From assembly GCA_027021705.1 (NCBI GenBank), contig JALUTT010000145.1, forward strand, positions 64,001-128,000: a stretch of 64,000 nt of DNA, written 5' to 3'. The DNA is from Anaerolineae bacterium (GTDB lineage Bacteria; Chloroflexota; Anaerolineae; S140-20). The notes under the pieces were generated by a model. That model worked only from the letters and a program-made list of their open reading frames with translations, was not told the origin of the DNA and did not search any database. Of the stretch, positions 46,434 through 53,730 are shown in pieces; position 1 is the stretch's first letter; each line of letters begins with the position of its first letter. A program made the translations under genes and the position numbers.

Positions 46434-49118
46434 CTATCGTCCGCCGCCGGTCAGGAAGGCGGGCAGGGAGGGGTCCGTCTCCCGCAGGCAAGCTTCCCAT
46501 CGGGCCTGGTCGAAGAAGGCATCGCGGGCGAGGACGCAGGCGCGGTAGGCGTCGGCCAGCCGCTGGGCTGCTGCGAGGGCTTCGGCAGGGCCGGCCTCCC
46601 CCCGCACCACCTGGCCGTAGGCGCGGAAGAGCCAGTAGGTCACGCCCGTCAGCCAGGGCTCCTGGACGAAGGGGAGGAAGGGCTGCTCCGGCCCCACCAC
46701 GCCGGCCCGGTAGGCCGCGACCCGCTCCTCGCCCACCCGTCGGCGATAGGAGGCCGATTCGGCCACCGAGCGGCGGGCCGGGAATCCCTGAGCCGCCTCG
46801 GGCCGGGTGGTCAAGAAGGTGATCCACGTCCAACAAGCCTCTCGTGCCCCGGTCCGGGCCGAGATGAAGTAGCCCCGCACCGAGAGGAGGGCACCGTTGG
46901 AGCCCGGCCCGGCCGGCAGCGGGGCGAGGCCCACCGGTGCAGCACCTTCCTCCAGGTTGCCGGGGGTGGTGGTCGTCCACATCGCCGCCCGTCCCTCTTG
47001 GATCAGGGCCTCTCGCTGCGTCTGGAAGGGGGCGAGGTCTGCCAGCTCGGTCAATCGGGTGGCGAGGCGGGGTTTGACGCCGTGCTCCGCCGTGAGCGCG
47101 GCGTACCAGCGCAGCGCCTCGACGGTGGCCGGGGCGTCGAGGGTGAAGGCGGGCGGCGTCACGCTGTCGTCCACGACGGATCCCCCCAGCCGGGCCAGGA
47201 TGAGGGGCAGGTGGTAGCCCTCGTAGGCTTCGCCGACGAAGCCGTACTGCTTCTCCGCCCCCTCGCCTCGGGTCAGGGCGCGGGCGAGGCTCAGCAGGTC
47301 GTCGGGCGTCCAATCCGGCGGGGGGTAGGGCAGGCCGGCGGCGTCGAAGAGGTCCCGACGGTAGGCGACGACGAGGGGCACGGCCTCGGCCGGCAGTCCC
47401 CACAGGCGGCCCCGGGCGGTGAAGGGCTCCAGGAGCGAGGGGTAGAAGTCGTCGCGGGAGAGGGTTGGGTCGGTGCTCAGGAAGGGGTCCAGGCTGATCA
47501 CGGCGGTCCGGGCCTGGGGATCGCGCAGGGTGGGCGGTCCCAGGAAGCAGTCGCCGGCCTCGGCCAGGGCCTGGAGGGTGTAGGGGCGGTCGGGGGGGAG
47601 GGGGCGGACCTCGACGACGACCTCGGTCTGGGCTTCGTGGAAGGCGCGGGCCAGGTCCCGGTAGCGCTGGGCCTCGCGGGAGTCGGGTCCGGTGAGGAAG
47701 GTGATGACCGCCGGGGTCGGGCCGGGGCGGGCCTGGGGTGCCGGCGGGGAGACGGTGAAGGGGGGCACGGGGGTGATCTGGGCTTCCCAGGCCAGGGCCT
47801 GCCGGATCTCGGCCACCGCCTGCTGTTGGGCCTCGGCCATCGCCTCTTCCACCGTCTTCTCCCCCCGCAGGATGGCGTCCAGGGCCCGGTAGAGGGGGCC
47901 GTACCCGGGCACGGAGGGAGGGGGGTAGCCGTGGGCGAGGGCGTAGCGGAGGGTGTCGGCCATCTCGGCGTCCATCGTCTCCCAGAGGCCGCCGGCCTCG
48001 GCCGTCGAGGGGCGGGCGGGGAGCAGGGGAGCGCCCTGGGGGCCGGGGAGGAGCTGGTGGCTCAGGAAGCGCATCCAACGCCAGGCGGCGTCGGGGTGGC
48101 GGGTGCCGGCACTCATCACCAGCCCCTGCACCTGGATCGGGGTCGTCCCCTCTTGGGGGCCGCCGCCGGGGAAGGGGAGGCAGCGCACCCGGTCGGGCAG
48201 GCGCTGCCGGGTCAGGTCCCAGGCGGGGTCTGCGGCCATCGCGGCCTCCTCCAGCCAGGCACCCGGTTCCAGCTTCGTCACGCCGACCTTCTGCTCGAAC
48301 CGTGGGGGTGGCATCACCCGTGCCTCCTGCACCAGGTCGGCGAACCAGGCCACTGCTCGGATCGCCGGCGACGTGTCGAAGCGGGGGGTGGGCGGGTCGG
48401 TGGAGGGGTCCACCAGCGGTCCGGCGCGGCCTTCGATGAAGGCGAGGAGCGTCGTCGGGGGGAGGGGATCGGGCAGGAGGAAGCCCCAGCGGGTCGTCCG
48501 CTCCCCCTGGCGCACCGTGAGGGCGTGGGCGGTGGTCAGGAAGTCGTCCCAGGTCCAGCCGGGCCGGGGGTGGGGCAGGCCGGTTTGGTCGAGGGCGGTC
48601 CTGTCGTAGCAGATGAGGGTGACCTGGACCGTCGTGGGCAGGCCCCAGGTGTGGCCGTTGCGGCGGTAGCCCTCCAGCGTGCCGGGGTAGAAATCCTGGG
48701 GCCGGAAGTCGGGGTCGGCCTCCAGGAAGGGGGTGAGGTCGTGCAGCAGGCCCTGGTGGGCCATCACGAGGGCGGTGGTGGGGTCGGCGGGGAAGACGTC
48801 GGCGGTGGTGGCCAGGCGCAGGAAGGGGGTGGGGCCGCCCGCCGGTCCCGGCCCCACCGCCGGGATGGGGACCATCAGGACGCGCAGGTTAGGGTTGGCG
48901 GCTTGGAAGGCTTCGACCAGGCCCTGATAGGCGGCCTGTTGCCAGTCGTAGACGGCGAAGGTGAGGGTGATCCCTTCGTCGCCGCCGCCGGGCGCGGCCG
49001 GGGGCGACGGAGGCCGGGGGAGCTCCCGGCCGCCTCGGCAGGCGGCCAGGAGCAGGAGCAGCGCGAGTAGGAGGATCGGCCATAATGGCCGGAATCCTGC
49101 GTTTCTCTGATCGCTCAT
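46434..49118 (-). CDS. Lipoprotein with two tandem family-1 extracellular solute-binding domains
   Basis: Lipobox LLLAAC; duplicated DFYP..LE / G..WGLP / GLP.P..WT.DD.L..A.ALT / AAW.W..FL blocks. Confidence 0.88.
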   Translation of the reverse strand: MSDQRNAGFRPLWPILLLALLLLLAACRGGRELPRPPSPPAAPGGGDEGITLTFAVYDWQQAAYQGLVEAFQAANPNLRVLMVPIPAVGPGPAGGPTPFLRLATTADVFPADPTTALVMAHQGLLHDLTPFLEADPDFRPQDFYPGTLEGYRRNGHTWGLPTTVQVTLICYDRTALDQTGLPHPRPGWTWDDFLTTAHALTVRQGERTTRWGFLLPDPLPPTTLLAFIEGRAGPLVDPSTDPPTPRFDTSPAIRAVAWFADLVQEARVMPPPRFEQKVGVTKLEPGAWLEEAAMAADPAWDLTRQRLPDRVRCLPFPGGGPQEGTTPIQVQGLVMSAGTRHPDAAWRWMRFLSHQLLPGPQGAPLLPARPSTAEAGGLWETMDAEMADTLRYALAHGYPPPSVPGYGPLYRALDAILRGEKTVEEAMAEAQQQAVAEIRQALAWEAQITPVPPFTVSPPAPQARPGPTPAVITFLTGPDSREAQRYRDLARAFHEAQTEVVVEVRPLPPDRPYTLQALAEAGDCFLGPPTLRDPQARTAVISLDPFLSTDPTLSRDDFYPSLLEPFTARGRLWGLPAEAVPLVVAYRRDLFDAAGLPYPPPDWTPDDLLSLARALTRGEGAEKQYGFVGEAYEGYHLPLILARLGGSVVDDSVTPPAFTLDAPATVEALRWYAALTAEHGVKPRLATRLTELADLAPFQTQREALIQEGRAAMWTTTTPGNLEEGAAPVGLAPLPAGPGSNGALLSVRGYFISARTGAREACWTWITFLTTRPEAAQGFPARRSVAESASYRRRVGEERVAAYRAGVVGPEQPFLPFVQEPWLTGVTYWLFRAYGQVVRGEAGPAEALAAAQRLADAYRACVLARDAFFDQARWEACLRETDPSLPAFLTGGGR

Positions 49119-49262
49119 AAGCGTATAGCTCAGCGGCAGCAGTGGTGACCGCGAAGTCGCTGTTGGCGCGATAAGTGTTGGATTGACTGCCCATACTTTC
49201 GGAGTCGGGCAGACTTCGGAGATCTTGACCCAAGGGTTATCCACGTTAACAAGATTTGCAAT

Positions 49263-50024
49263 TTACTCAGATGGTGGATGTGGGAACCAGTCCCGAGTTA
49301 GTCCATCAATCATCCACCAAGTCTCCGAATCTAATTGCAAATCAAGTAAGTATTTCAAGAGAACCTTTCCATCTTTGTCACTTAACTCTATCTTGCAGAT
49401 AGCAATTCGTCCGCCTTGAGCGTTAATATTAGCAATCAGTGGTCGGAGCGAGGACATAAAGTAAGGGAGTGCTTGATTTGCTCCATCCACAGAAGGTGTT
49501 GATAACTTTAGTACAAGCGTTTGGATACCGTTTGAGGAAGTAACCTCAATGTTTGTCAGGGTCAATCCGTATAGGTTCAACTTTTCCTTCACCATGTTTT
49601 TGGTTGTAATATCATCAACCTTAGGGGAGGAGAGTTCAAGAGTTGCCTCCTCAATGCTCACCGGTGTCTCTTCAGCCCAGAAGATTGTTTTCCCTTCCTT
49701 GTTCAGCAGTCTTAGGGTGAAGCTTTCAATGTTATATCCCTGCTGTTGGGCTAGTGTGATTTCACGCCTCACGATATGTAAGTTTGTGGGGTCCTCAGGC
49801 AAGGCCTTCTCTCCCTCGCTCGCACTTTGGACTGTGATTTCAAGACGGAGGGGAAGCAGGTGACGAATCGTTATGTTCACAACGGGTATACCTTGTCTAT
49901 CTAATTGCTCTCTGAGATATTCTACAACCCCTCGCTGAGCAACAACCTCTGTATACAAGCTTAGGGTGATCCCAACGGTGGCTATGAGTAGTAAAAATCC
50001 TAAGAACAACTTTGTGCGCTTCAT
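49263..50024 (-). CDS. Hypothetical N-terminally anchored protein (low GC, internally repeated domain)
   Basis: 253-aa ORF with SD AGGGAGG and an N-terminal TM helix. Two halves end in L.NKEGK.IF and L.DKDGK.LL. Confidence 0.75.
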   Translation of the reverse strand: MKRTKLFLGFLLLIATVGITLSLYTEVVAQRGVVEYLREQLDRQGIPVVNITIRHLLPLRLEITVQSASEGEKALPEDPTNLHIVRREITLAQQQGYNIESFTLRLLNKEGKTIFWAEETPVSIEEATLELSSPKVDDITTKNMVKEKLNLYGLTLTNIEVTSSNGIQTLVLKLSTPSVDGANQALPYFMSSLRPLIANINAQGGRIAICKIELSDKDGKVLLKYLLDLQLDSETWWMIDGLTRDWFPHPPSE

Positions 50025-50036
50025 ATTTGCCTCCCT

Positions 50037-50645
50037 TTATGGCCCGTAGTTCCGGTAGTAGTATGTGGTGTCTTTTTGGACCTGGTACGGCGCATCTTCC
50101 CGCCATCCTTCTTGATTGAACAAGAACCATTGGTTCCAGGTTGAGCCCATGTAGTATACTGCCGAAAACCGAGTGTCTAATTCATTCTTCGAACTGGTGT
50201 GAACCTCGGAACGTGCAAGGACAAGAGAAGGGGCGGATCTTACTTGATAACAGCCTTTATTGACGCCATCGATTCGCCCACACCATGTTGTACCACCTAT
50301 CCAATCTACCCTGTATTCAACGATACTCCCCCATCCATGAGTCCCATAGTGATGGATACCGTAGATGCCTGAGCTAGTATAGTACTCGACATACTTCTTC
50401 GCTTCTGACCATCCTTTGAGGTAGCGCCAGCCAGCTTGAACCCAATAGGGCTCGGGCAGAGATACCCAATTGGACTCACCAGTTTCCTCGATATAGGGGG
50501 CTGATGATGGTGCCCAGATATTCGCTTTCACACCATAGGCATCCGTCTGACTATTGCCTGTCCACCAATCGGCTGATGTAGTCCCCACACTACTCAGAGT
50601 CATAAAAAGAGTAACTAGTATTCCTATAATCTTGGTCCATTTCAT
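50037..50645 (-). CDS. Secreted beta-rich protein, neprosin / glutamic peptidase G1-like (low GC)
   Basis: Signal peptide ending TSA-D; YGVKANIWAP, SNWV, WVQAGW, SEVH; one Cys pair; SD GGAGG. Family assignment is by recalled motif similarity only. Confidence 0.55.
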   Translation of the reverse strand: MKWTKIIGILVTLFMTLSSVGTTSADWWTGNSQTDAYGVKANIWAPSSAPYIEETGESNWVSLPEPYWVQAGWRYLKGWSEAKKYVEYYTSSGIYGIHHYGTHGWGSIVEYRVDWIGGTTWCGRIDGVNKGCYQVRSAPSLVLARSEVHTSSKNELDTRFSAVYYMGSTWNQWFLFNQEGWREDAPYQVQKDTTYYYRNYGP

Positions 50646-50755
50646 GATCACACCTCCGAAAGTAGAATAGGAACGGATGTTTCTCTACGGCAGGTTGCCT
50701 GGCTGAATGTCAGTAGCTTGGTGACCACTGACGTTTAGTCAATAATGTCAGATGT

Positions 50756-50869
50756 TCAGCATATTTTGCATCCATATTCTATAAGTTGACATCTTGGTTC
50801 AATCCCTGCACAGGGATCATCCTGACAAACGATATACTTTAGAATGCTGTAACATCGCAGACCTCCTTG
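50756..50869 (-). pseudogene. Cryptic Cys-rich peptide frame (6 Cys) with an out-of-frame ATG behind a strong SD
   Basis: The frame reads QGGLRCYSILKYIVCQDDPCAGIEPRCQLIEYGCKIC*. SD AAGGAGGT (50868-50861) precedes ATG 50855, which is one base off this frame and gives only MLQHSKVYRLSG*. Confidence 0.5.
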
Positions 50870-50884
50870 TCACTTCTAGACAGG

Positions 50885-51466
50885 CTAATTGGATCTGGTT
50901 AGGGCCTCCAATGTTTCCAAAGAATTAGCAAAGCCGGCTCTCTGAATCACCCCCTTTCTATCTATCGTGTAAAAGAAAGGTGTCCCTGGTACTTGGTAGG
51001 CTTGAGCAACCTCGTCTTTCCAAGATAGCACTGGAAAGTCAAAGCCTTGTTCTTCTATCAGTCGTTGGTTTTCCTCAATGGTGCCTCGTGAGATCATAAC
51101 CACCTGTACTTCTCGATGGCGTTCGCTGAAGGTCCGCAGGTGAGGATACATCTCGACGCAAGCAGGGCAGTGGGGTGAGGTGAAAGCTAGTAAGATAGGT
51201 CGGCCAGTGAAGGTTTCCAGAGAGATGGTCCGACCAGTAGTGTCAGGAAGGGCGAAGGGGGGCGCCGGAGTTCCCGCTTCCAGTCCTCGAATATGTCTGG
51301 CGGCTTGCAGTGGTTCCAAAGCTATTAGCACTTCTCGCTGCATCTGGTTCACCCAGATGAACAAGACCAAGAGGGAGACCATCAATAGGATAACGATGGC
51401 CATCAGTAACAAGAGTAGCACTTCCAAGCGAGTTGCACGGCGTAGCATTGCTTGGTCGGTCACCAC
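50885..51466 (-). CDS. Membrane-anchored TlpA/ResA/MauD-like thiol-disulfide oxidoreductase
   Basis: TM helix, GLEAGTPAPPFALPD, FTSPHCPAC (CxxC), YQVPGTPF; SD AAAGGAGG. Confidence 0.9.
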   Translation of the reverse strand: MVTDQAMLRRATRLEVLLLLLMAIVILLMVSLLVLFIWVNQMQREVLIALEPLQAARHIRGLEAGTPAPPFALPDTTGRTISLETFTGRPILLAFTSPHCPACVEMYPHLRTFSERHREVQVVMISRGTIEENQRLIEEQGFDFPVLSWKDEVAQAYQVPGTPFFYTIDRKGVIQRAGFANSLETLEALTRSN

Positions 51467-51612
51467 GAAGCCTCCTTTCCAAACAGAACGCGCCGGCAGG
51501 CCTCATCCTGGAGGTGGATGTCGGCGCGCCGGCGCGTTGAGGGTTCTGACGATGGGCAGCGATGGTGGGCGATGAGGACCGAAGCCGATCTCCACCCTCG
51601 ATGCCTAAGCCC

Positions 51613-51678
51613 ATTATACCATAGGTTTGGCCTATTGTATGGGTCAATTTCGTGACCGTTTCGGGTCAATTCTGTGAC
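51613..51678 (-). promoter_or_regulatory. Extended -10 promoter with two upstream operator-like repeats
   Basis: TGgTATAAT (ATTATA at 51613-51618). GGGTCAATTYYGTGAC occurs at 51641 and 51663 (22-bp period), each copy a GTCA-N6-TGAC palindrome. Confidence 0.7.
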
Positions 51679-51735
51679 AATGGGGCCGGGGTCCGGGGCA
51701 CGGTGGGGCTCGGAAGGACGTCGCGTTTCAACGGT

Positions 51736-52437
51736 TCAACGGTCGGGAGGCAGCCCTTCCCGGCGGGAGGGTGGGCCGGCCGTTGCCTCGGCCCCCTGGG
51801 CCGGGCTGCGCAAGCGGTAGCCGACCCCCCGCACCGTCTCCAGGTAGTGAGGCCGTCGGGGGTCCTCTCCCAGCTTGCGGCGCAGCCGCTTAACGCAGGT
51901 GCGCACCGGGTCGTGGTTCTGGAAGCCGGGGGGGTATCCCCAGACCCTCTCCAACAGTTCCCGGTAGCTCACCACCTCGCCTTGACGGCGGGCCAGGTAG
52001 GCCAGGAGGTCGTACTCGCGTTGGGAGAGGGGGAGGGGCTGGCCGTCGAGGGAGACGGAACGGGCATCCAGGTCAATGAGGAGCCCTCCGACGCGGACGA
52101 GGGGAGGGTGTTGGAGGAGGCGGCGCAGGCGGCGCACCAGGTGGGAGAGGTCGAAGGGGGCGGTGAGGGTTTCGCCGTGGGCCTCGCCGAAGGAGGGGGT
52201 GATGAGCAGGATGGGGCCCCGGTAAGCGTTGGTCAGGGCCTGCCAGTGGTGCCAGGAGAAGTCGGGGGCCATCACGTCGAGGATGATGAGAGAGGTGGAG
52301 GGCTCTAGGTGGGTGAGCAAGGAGGAAAAGCGGCGCAGGGGGAGAGGGGAGAACCCCTCGGCGGTCAGACGGGCAGCGAGGCCGCCGGTGAGGGGCCCTT
52401 CAAGGATGAGGATGGGGGAAGGCGAAATCCCGGACAT
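51736..52437 (-). CDS. Atypical OmpR/PhoB-family response regulator (degenerate receiver plus winged helix)
   Basis: LSQREYDLL.YL, LLERVWGY, RLRRKLGED...P.YLETVRGVGY. The receiver keeps ILDVMAP but lacks the acidic pair and the conserved Lys (TAPF instead of xKPF). Confidence 0.88.
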   Translation of the reverse strand: MSGISPSPILILEGPLTGGLAARLTAEGFSPLPLRRFSSLLTHLEPSTSLIILDVMAPDFSWHHWQALTNAYRGPILLITPSFGEAHGETLTAPFDLSHLVRRLRRLLQHPPLVRVGGLLIDLDARSVSLDGQPLPLSQREYDLLAYLARRQGEVVSYRELLERVWGYPPGFQNHDPVRTCVKRLRRKLGEDPRRPHYLETVRGVGYRLRSPAQGAEATAGPPSRREGLPPDR

Positions 52438-52467
52438 AACTGGAAGGCGTGGCTATACTATCTGTGG

Positions 52468-53721
52468 TCAACGGCGTGGCGGTGAGGGAGCCTGGTGGTC
52501 TTGGTGAGCCGCCTCGGCGTCAATGGCCTGGAGCATCGCCCACAGGAAGGCGTGGACGCGGGCCAGGGCCTCCGGCTCAATCCCCTCCAACCGGTCGTCG
52601 GACCGGTGACGATGGGCAATCCGATCCACCTGGTTCGGGAAGAGGCTGAGCACCAGCCCCTTTCCCCCCCACCGGGCGACGACCCCCATCTCGGTGCAGT
52701 ACCCTTCGCTGCGGTGGGGCTCCGCCGCCACGTCGGGACGGAGCAGGCCGGCCCGTTCGGCCATCGTCAGCGCTTCAGGTGGGTAGTGGATGTAGCCGAG
52801 CACCCCCTCCCCGGTCAGGTAGATCAGCCGTTCCCCCCGCCCTACCCCCTCCAGGACGATGAAGAGGGTATCCTGGAGCGCCTTTCCCCACCGCTCCTCC
52901 AGAAAGGCTCGCATCCCGCTTCCCCCGGTCTCGCCACAGCCGGTGAAGAGGGTCCAGACCTCCGTGTAAACAAAGGGCTCGTTCACCAGCCGTTCGGCCA
53001 GGGCCAGGAGCGTGCCCACCGCCGAGGCGTTGTCGTTGGCCCCGGGGCTGTAAGGGGTGTGGTCGGCGTGGAGGGTCAGGATGAGCGTGATGGCCTGCAG
53101 GAGCCCCATCCCCATCGCCAGCCAGTAGGGCCAGGGGAGGTGGGTCACCGCCCCGATGAGGAAGAGGGATCCGTTGGAGAGCACGCTGACGAAGGTGAGG
53201 GGCATCAGGATGGCAAAGGCCTCTTCCCGCCAGCGGGTTCGCTGGAAGATGGGGGTGCGGGCGGTGTCCAGGTGGCCGACCAGGACGACCCGTCGGAGGG
53301 GTCGGGAGCCCTTCTCCTGGGTTGTGGCGGCGGGGATGGCGGCGAAGACGTTCTGGCTCGGCCGTCGGCCCAGCCAGCGTCGCAGCGGATGGAAGCGCAG
53401 GCTGGTCTCCCCGTAGAAGATCCAGGCGCTGCTCAGGGTGAGGAGCGCTCCTATCAACCCACCCCACAGCGGCAGTGCCAAGGCGATCAGCAGCCCCCAG
53501 AGGGCGAGGGAGCAGGCGACGGCGAGGGGCCGCCAGCCGGACCAGACCCCTCGAAAGGGCTGGCGGTGCACCGATGGAAGGCCCAAGCGGGCGAGCCTCT
53601 CCTGGACATAAGCGGCTGCCTGCGCTTCCTGGGGGGTTGTCGCGCCCCGGGGGCCAACCTCCTCGACCAGGAATCGAATGTGTTCCAATGCCCGCTGGGC
53701 CCATACCTCGTCGTCAGCCAC
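52468..53721 (-). CDS. M28 family membrane peptidase homologue (GCGE instead of GCEE)
   Basis: GPRGATT..E, GHLDT, PGANDNASAV, FTGCGETG, H..DD; four TM helices inserted. Confidence 0.85.
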   Translation of the reverse strand: MADDEVWAQRALEHIRFLVEEVGPRGATTPQEAQAAAYVQERLARLGLPSVHRQPFRGVWSGWRPLAVACSLALWGLLIALALPLWGGLIGALLTLSSAWIFYGETSLRFHPLRRWLGRRPSQNVFAAIPAATTQEKGSRPLRRVVLVGHLDTARTPIFQRTRWREEAFAILMPLTFVSVLSNGSLFLIGAVTHLPWPYWLAMGMGLLQAITLILTLHADHTPYSPGANDNASAVGTLLALAERLVNEPFVYTEVWTLFTGCGETGGSGMRAFLEERWGKALQDTLFIVLEGVGRGERLIYLTGEGVLGYIHYPPEALTMAERAGLLRPDVAAEPHRSEGYCTEMGVVARWGGKGLVLSLFPNQVDRIAHRHRSDDRLEGIEPEALARVHAFLWAMLQAIDAEAAHQDHQAPSPPRR

Positions 53722-53730
53722 CCCTGGCTC

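Noticed and set aside
46222..48078. N-terminal ~600 aa of the 1069-aa ORF 44869..48078
   Set aside because: Pro/Arg/Gly-rich off-frame shadow of the SBP gene; the real MFP starts at GTG 46221 with SD and lipobox.
50799..50855. Selenoprotein reading MLQHSKVYRLSG-U-SLCRD (UxxC, with the hairpin ATCCCT-GTGC-AGGGAT right after the TGA)
   Set aside because: A second in-frame TGA follows six codons later, the downstream sequence is not thioredoxin-like, and the hairpin is too close and too short for a typical bacterial SECIS. The 6-Cys frame is a better explanation, though this reading is not formally excluded.
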